From: Thelocarpon superellum
Taxonomy: Eukaryota
Direction of reading: 5' to 3'
Assembly: GCA_026025795.1 (NCBI GenBank)
Contig: JAPEUG010000020.1
Location: 1 to 64,000 of the forward strand
Length of the DNA: 64,000 nt
The notes under the pieces were generated by a model. It was given only the letters and a program-made list of their open reading frames with translations, did not search any database and had not been told where the DNA came from. Made by a program: the position numbers and the translations under genes. The number at the start of each line of letters is the position of its first letter. Within the stretch, counting starts at the first letter, position 1. Below, in pieces: positions 62,601 to 64,000 of the stretch.

Positions 62601-62879
62601 ATCGCAAGGTGGTTGAGAAGTGTGAGTGTTGTCACCCTCTGACGGCGAGTCTCAGCTGACCTCGATTTAGTGGTGGCTAGCATGCGAGGACGGCTTCAAG
62701 CTCTGCGGAAGAAGATGGCCATGATCTCCAAACGCCAGTCTACTCATGCGCCGCCGTCACAATCCTACAAACCAAGGGGAGCGGCGCCACCTCCATCGCC
62801 TCCATCGACGACTTCTGCTATGGCTCATCTCCCGCCTACGTCCTATCCTCAGCCTAGCTATGCGACGACGCCTCCGTGA
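59683..62879 (+). CDS. ATG1: Autophagy Ser/Thr kinase Atg1 (3 exons)
   Basis: [59 protein letters not shown]-like DYVVV, C-terminal tandem-MIT region ([11 protein letters not shown]...[15 protein letters not shown]); introns 59824-59920 and 62622-62670. Confidence 0.96.
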
Positions 62880-63102
62880 ATAGTATCCGCATGACGACGA
62901 CGACGATCTTCTTTCTGTCTATGCGTCCAAAACTTTCCTTTCTTATGTTCTCCCTTTCTTTCTCTATTCTCTAAGTCCGGGTGTCGTCGCTCTGACGACA
63001 CAGGCTAGTAAGGTTAGGTATCAGTGGCATATGCCTGGTATTGAGGCGTGGGGGTGAGGTTGAGCTGAGGTGGCATGCGCGAGCATGAGTGCGCAAGGCA
63101 CA

Positions 63103-63194
63103 AGGTGCGCGGAGAACCAGGTGTGCGGAGAACCAGGTGTGCGGAGAACCAGGTGTGCGGAGAACCAGGTGTGCGGAGAACCAGGTGTGCGGAG
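63103..63194. repeat. 16-bp minisatellite (AGGTGTGCGGAGAACC) x about 5.75
   Basis: Head-to-tail copies with no spacers; the first copy has one substitution. Confidence 0.92.
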
Positions 63195-63549
63195 CGAATC
63201 CAAAGGCGCACATGTTGTCAGGCGTTGTTGAGATTGTTCAGTGTTGGGTTGTCCGACTATTGTCGATATGCTGTGAACATTTTCAACTCTCCGCTTACGG
63301 GTGTCTGTGGGCTGTACGTGAGGAGAAGTGCGGGATTGTCCTGAAATGGTCTCGAAGCTGTCTATTTCCATTTCCATCTCTTTTCTTTCCATGTTGTGGG
63401 TTGGCGTTGATTGTCGATGGAGATGAAGATGACGATTAACGGCGCTGGCTACGCAAGGCGGTGCGATGTGTTTCGATGTGACGTCATCTGCGCGGCCTCT
63501 GCCTCTCAAAATTGGATTACTACGGGAGGGACTTGGGGGACATGCCGAC

Positions 63550-63760
63550 AGAGAAGAATGTGAGGGCGACCCACAATGAAAGGAAGGAAGGAAGGAAGGA
63601 AGGGAGGGAGGGAGAGCACATGAGAAATGAGGGGCGCAGAAGGAAACACAGCTTTTCGGAGGAACAGATAACGGAGGATGAAACGAGAGAGGGGGGGGCG
63701 GAGAGAGGAAGGGGAAAAGGAAGGAAGGAACATGAAGGAGAAAGGAGGAAAAAAGGAAAC
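63550..63760 (+). repeat. Purine-rich low-complexity tract (GGAA/GGGA)
   Basis: (GGAA)n and (GGGA)n runs. Confidence 0.75.
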
Positions 63761-64000
63761 AAATGCATGACGACGGAATGACATGATGACTGTTTCTCCC
63801 ATGTATTTACTTTCATACCTCTTTCGACACCACTTTACTCATGTACAAGATATTCTTCAGACCAACCGACCGCCTGACTCACTACTGACTGAGTGGTTAA
63901 CTGATTGACCACTGACTGAGTAATTAACTAGTTAATTGACTGGCTCGCCATTTACCTGTTTTTGGCCCCGCTTATGAGGAGGAGTGCTGTAGTATCATTC

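Noticed and set aside
454..62879. Apparent frameshifts or split ORFs suggesting pseudogenes (methyltransferase, P450, ATG5, APE2, txl1, seb1, ATG1)
   Set aside because: Each break is explained by a short intron with donor, branch and acceptor signals that restores the frame
63103..63194. CRISPR-like repeat array
   Set aside because: The units are contiguous with no spacers, the context is eukaryotic, and there are no cas genes

Overview
Eukaryotic, GC-rich genomic DNA from a filamentous ascomycete (Pezizomycotina-type genes, mostly 45-100 nt spliceosomal introns with CTRAC branch points). The ORF track splits most genes at introns, so I rebuilt the gene models by hand. I can support 19 protein-coding genes: a LaeA-like methyltransferase, a cytochrome P450, the Zn2Cys6 regulator Pro1/ADV-1/NosA, a SAM+PH protein, a KpsF/GutQ-like SIS isomerase, ATG5, CSA/ERCC8, RRN10, hxB, PRP39, PRP28, MRPL25, APE2, DPH4, a TXL1-type Trx-PITH protein, Seb1/SebA, DPH6, SEC59 and ATG1. 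There are also several simple and tandem repeats. I found no transposon, tRNA/rRNA gene, CRISPR array or biosynthetic backbone gene. This is mostly a core housekeeping region, and the interesting signals are post-transcriptional. (1) PRP39, a U1 snRNP protein, has an outsized 423-nt intron with nested splice sites that lead to a premature stop, plus a GC-AG last intron; this is a candidate splicing autoregulation circuit. (2) The Trx-PITH protein has WSGPC instead of WCGPC. (3) Short uORFs lie upstream of ATG5 (stop overlapping the start codon), ATG1, seb1 and the SIS gene. Gene identities come from remembered motifs, not database searches.
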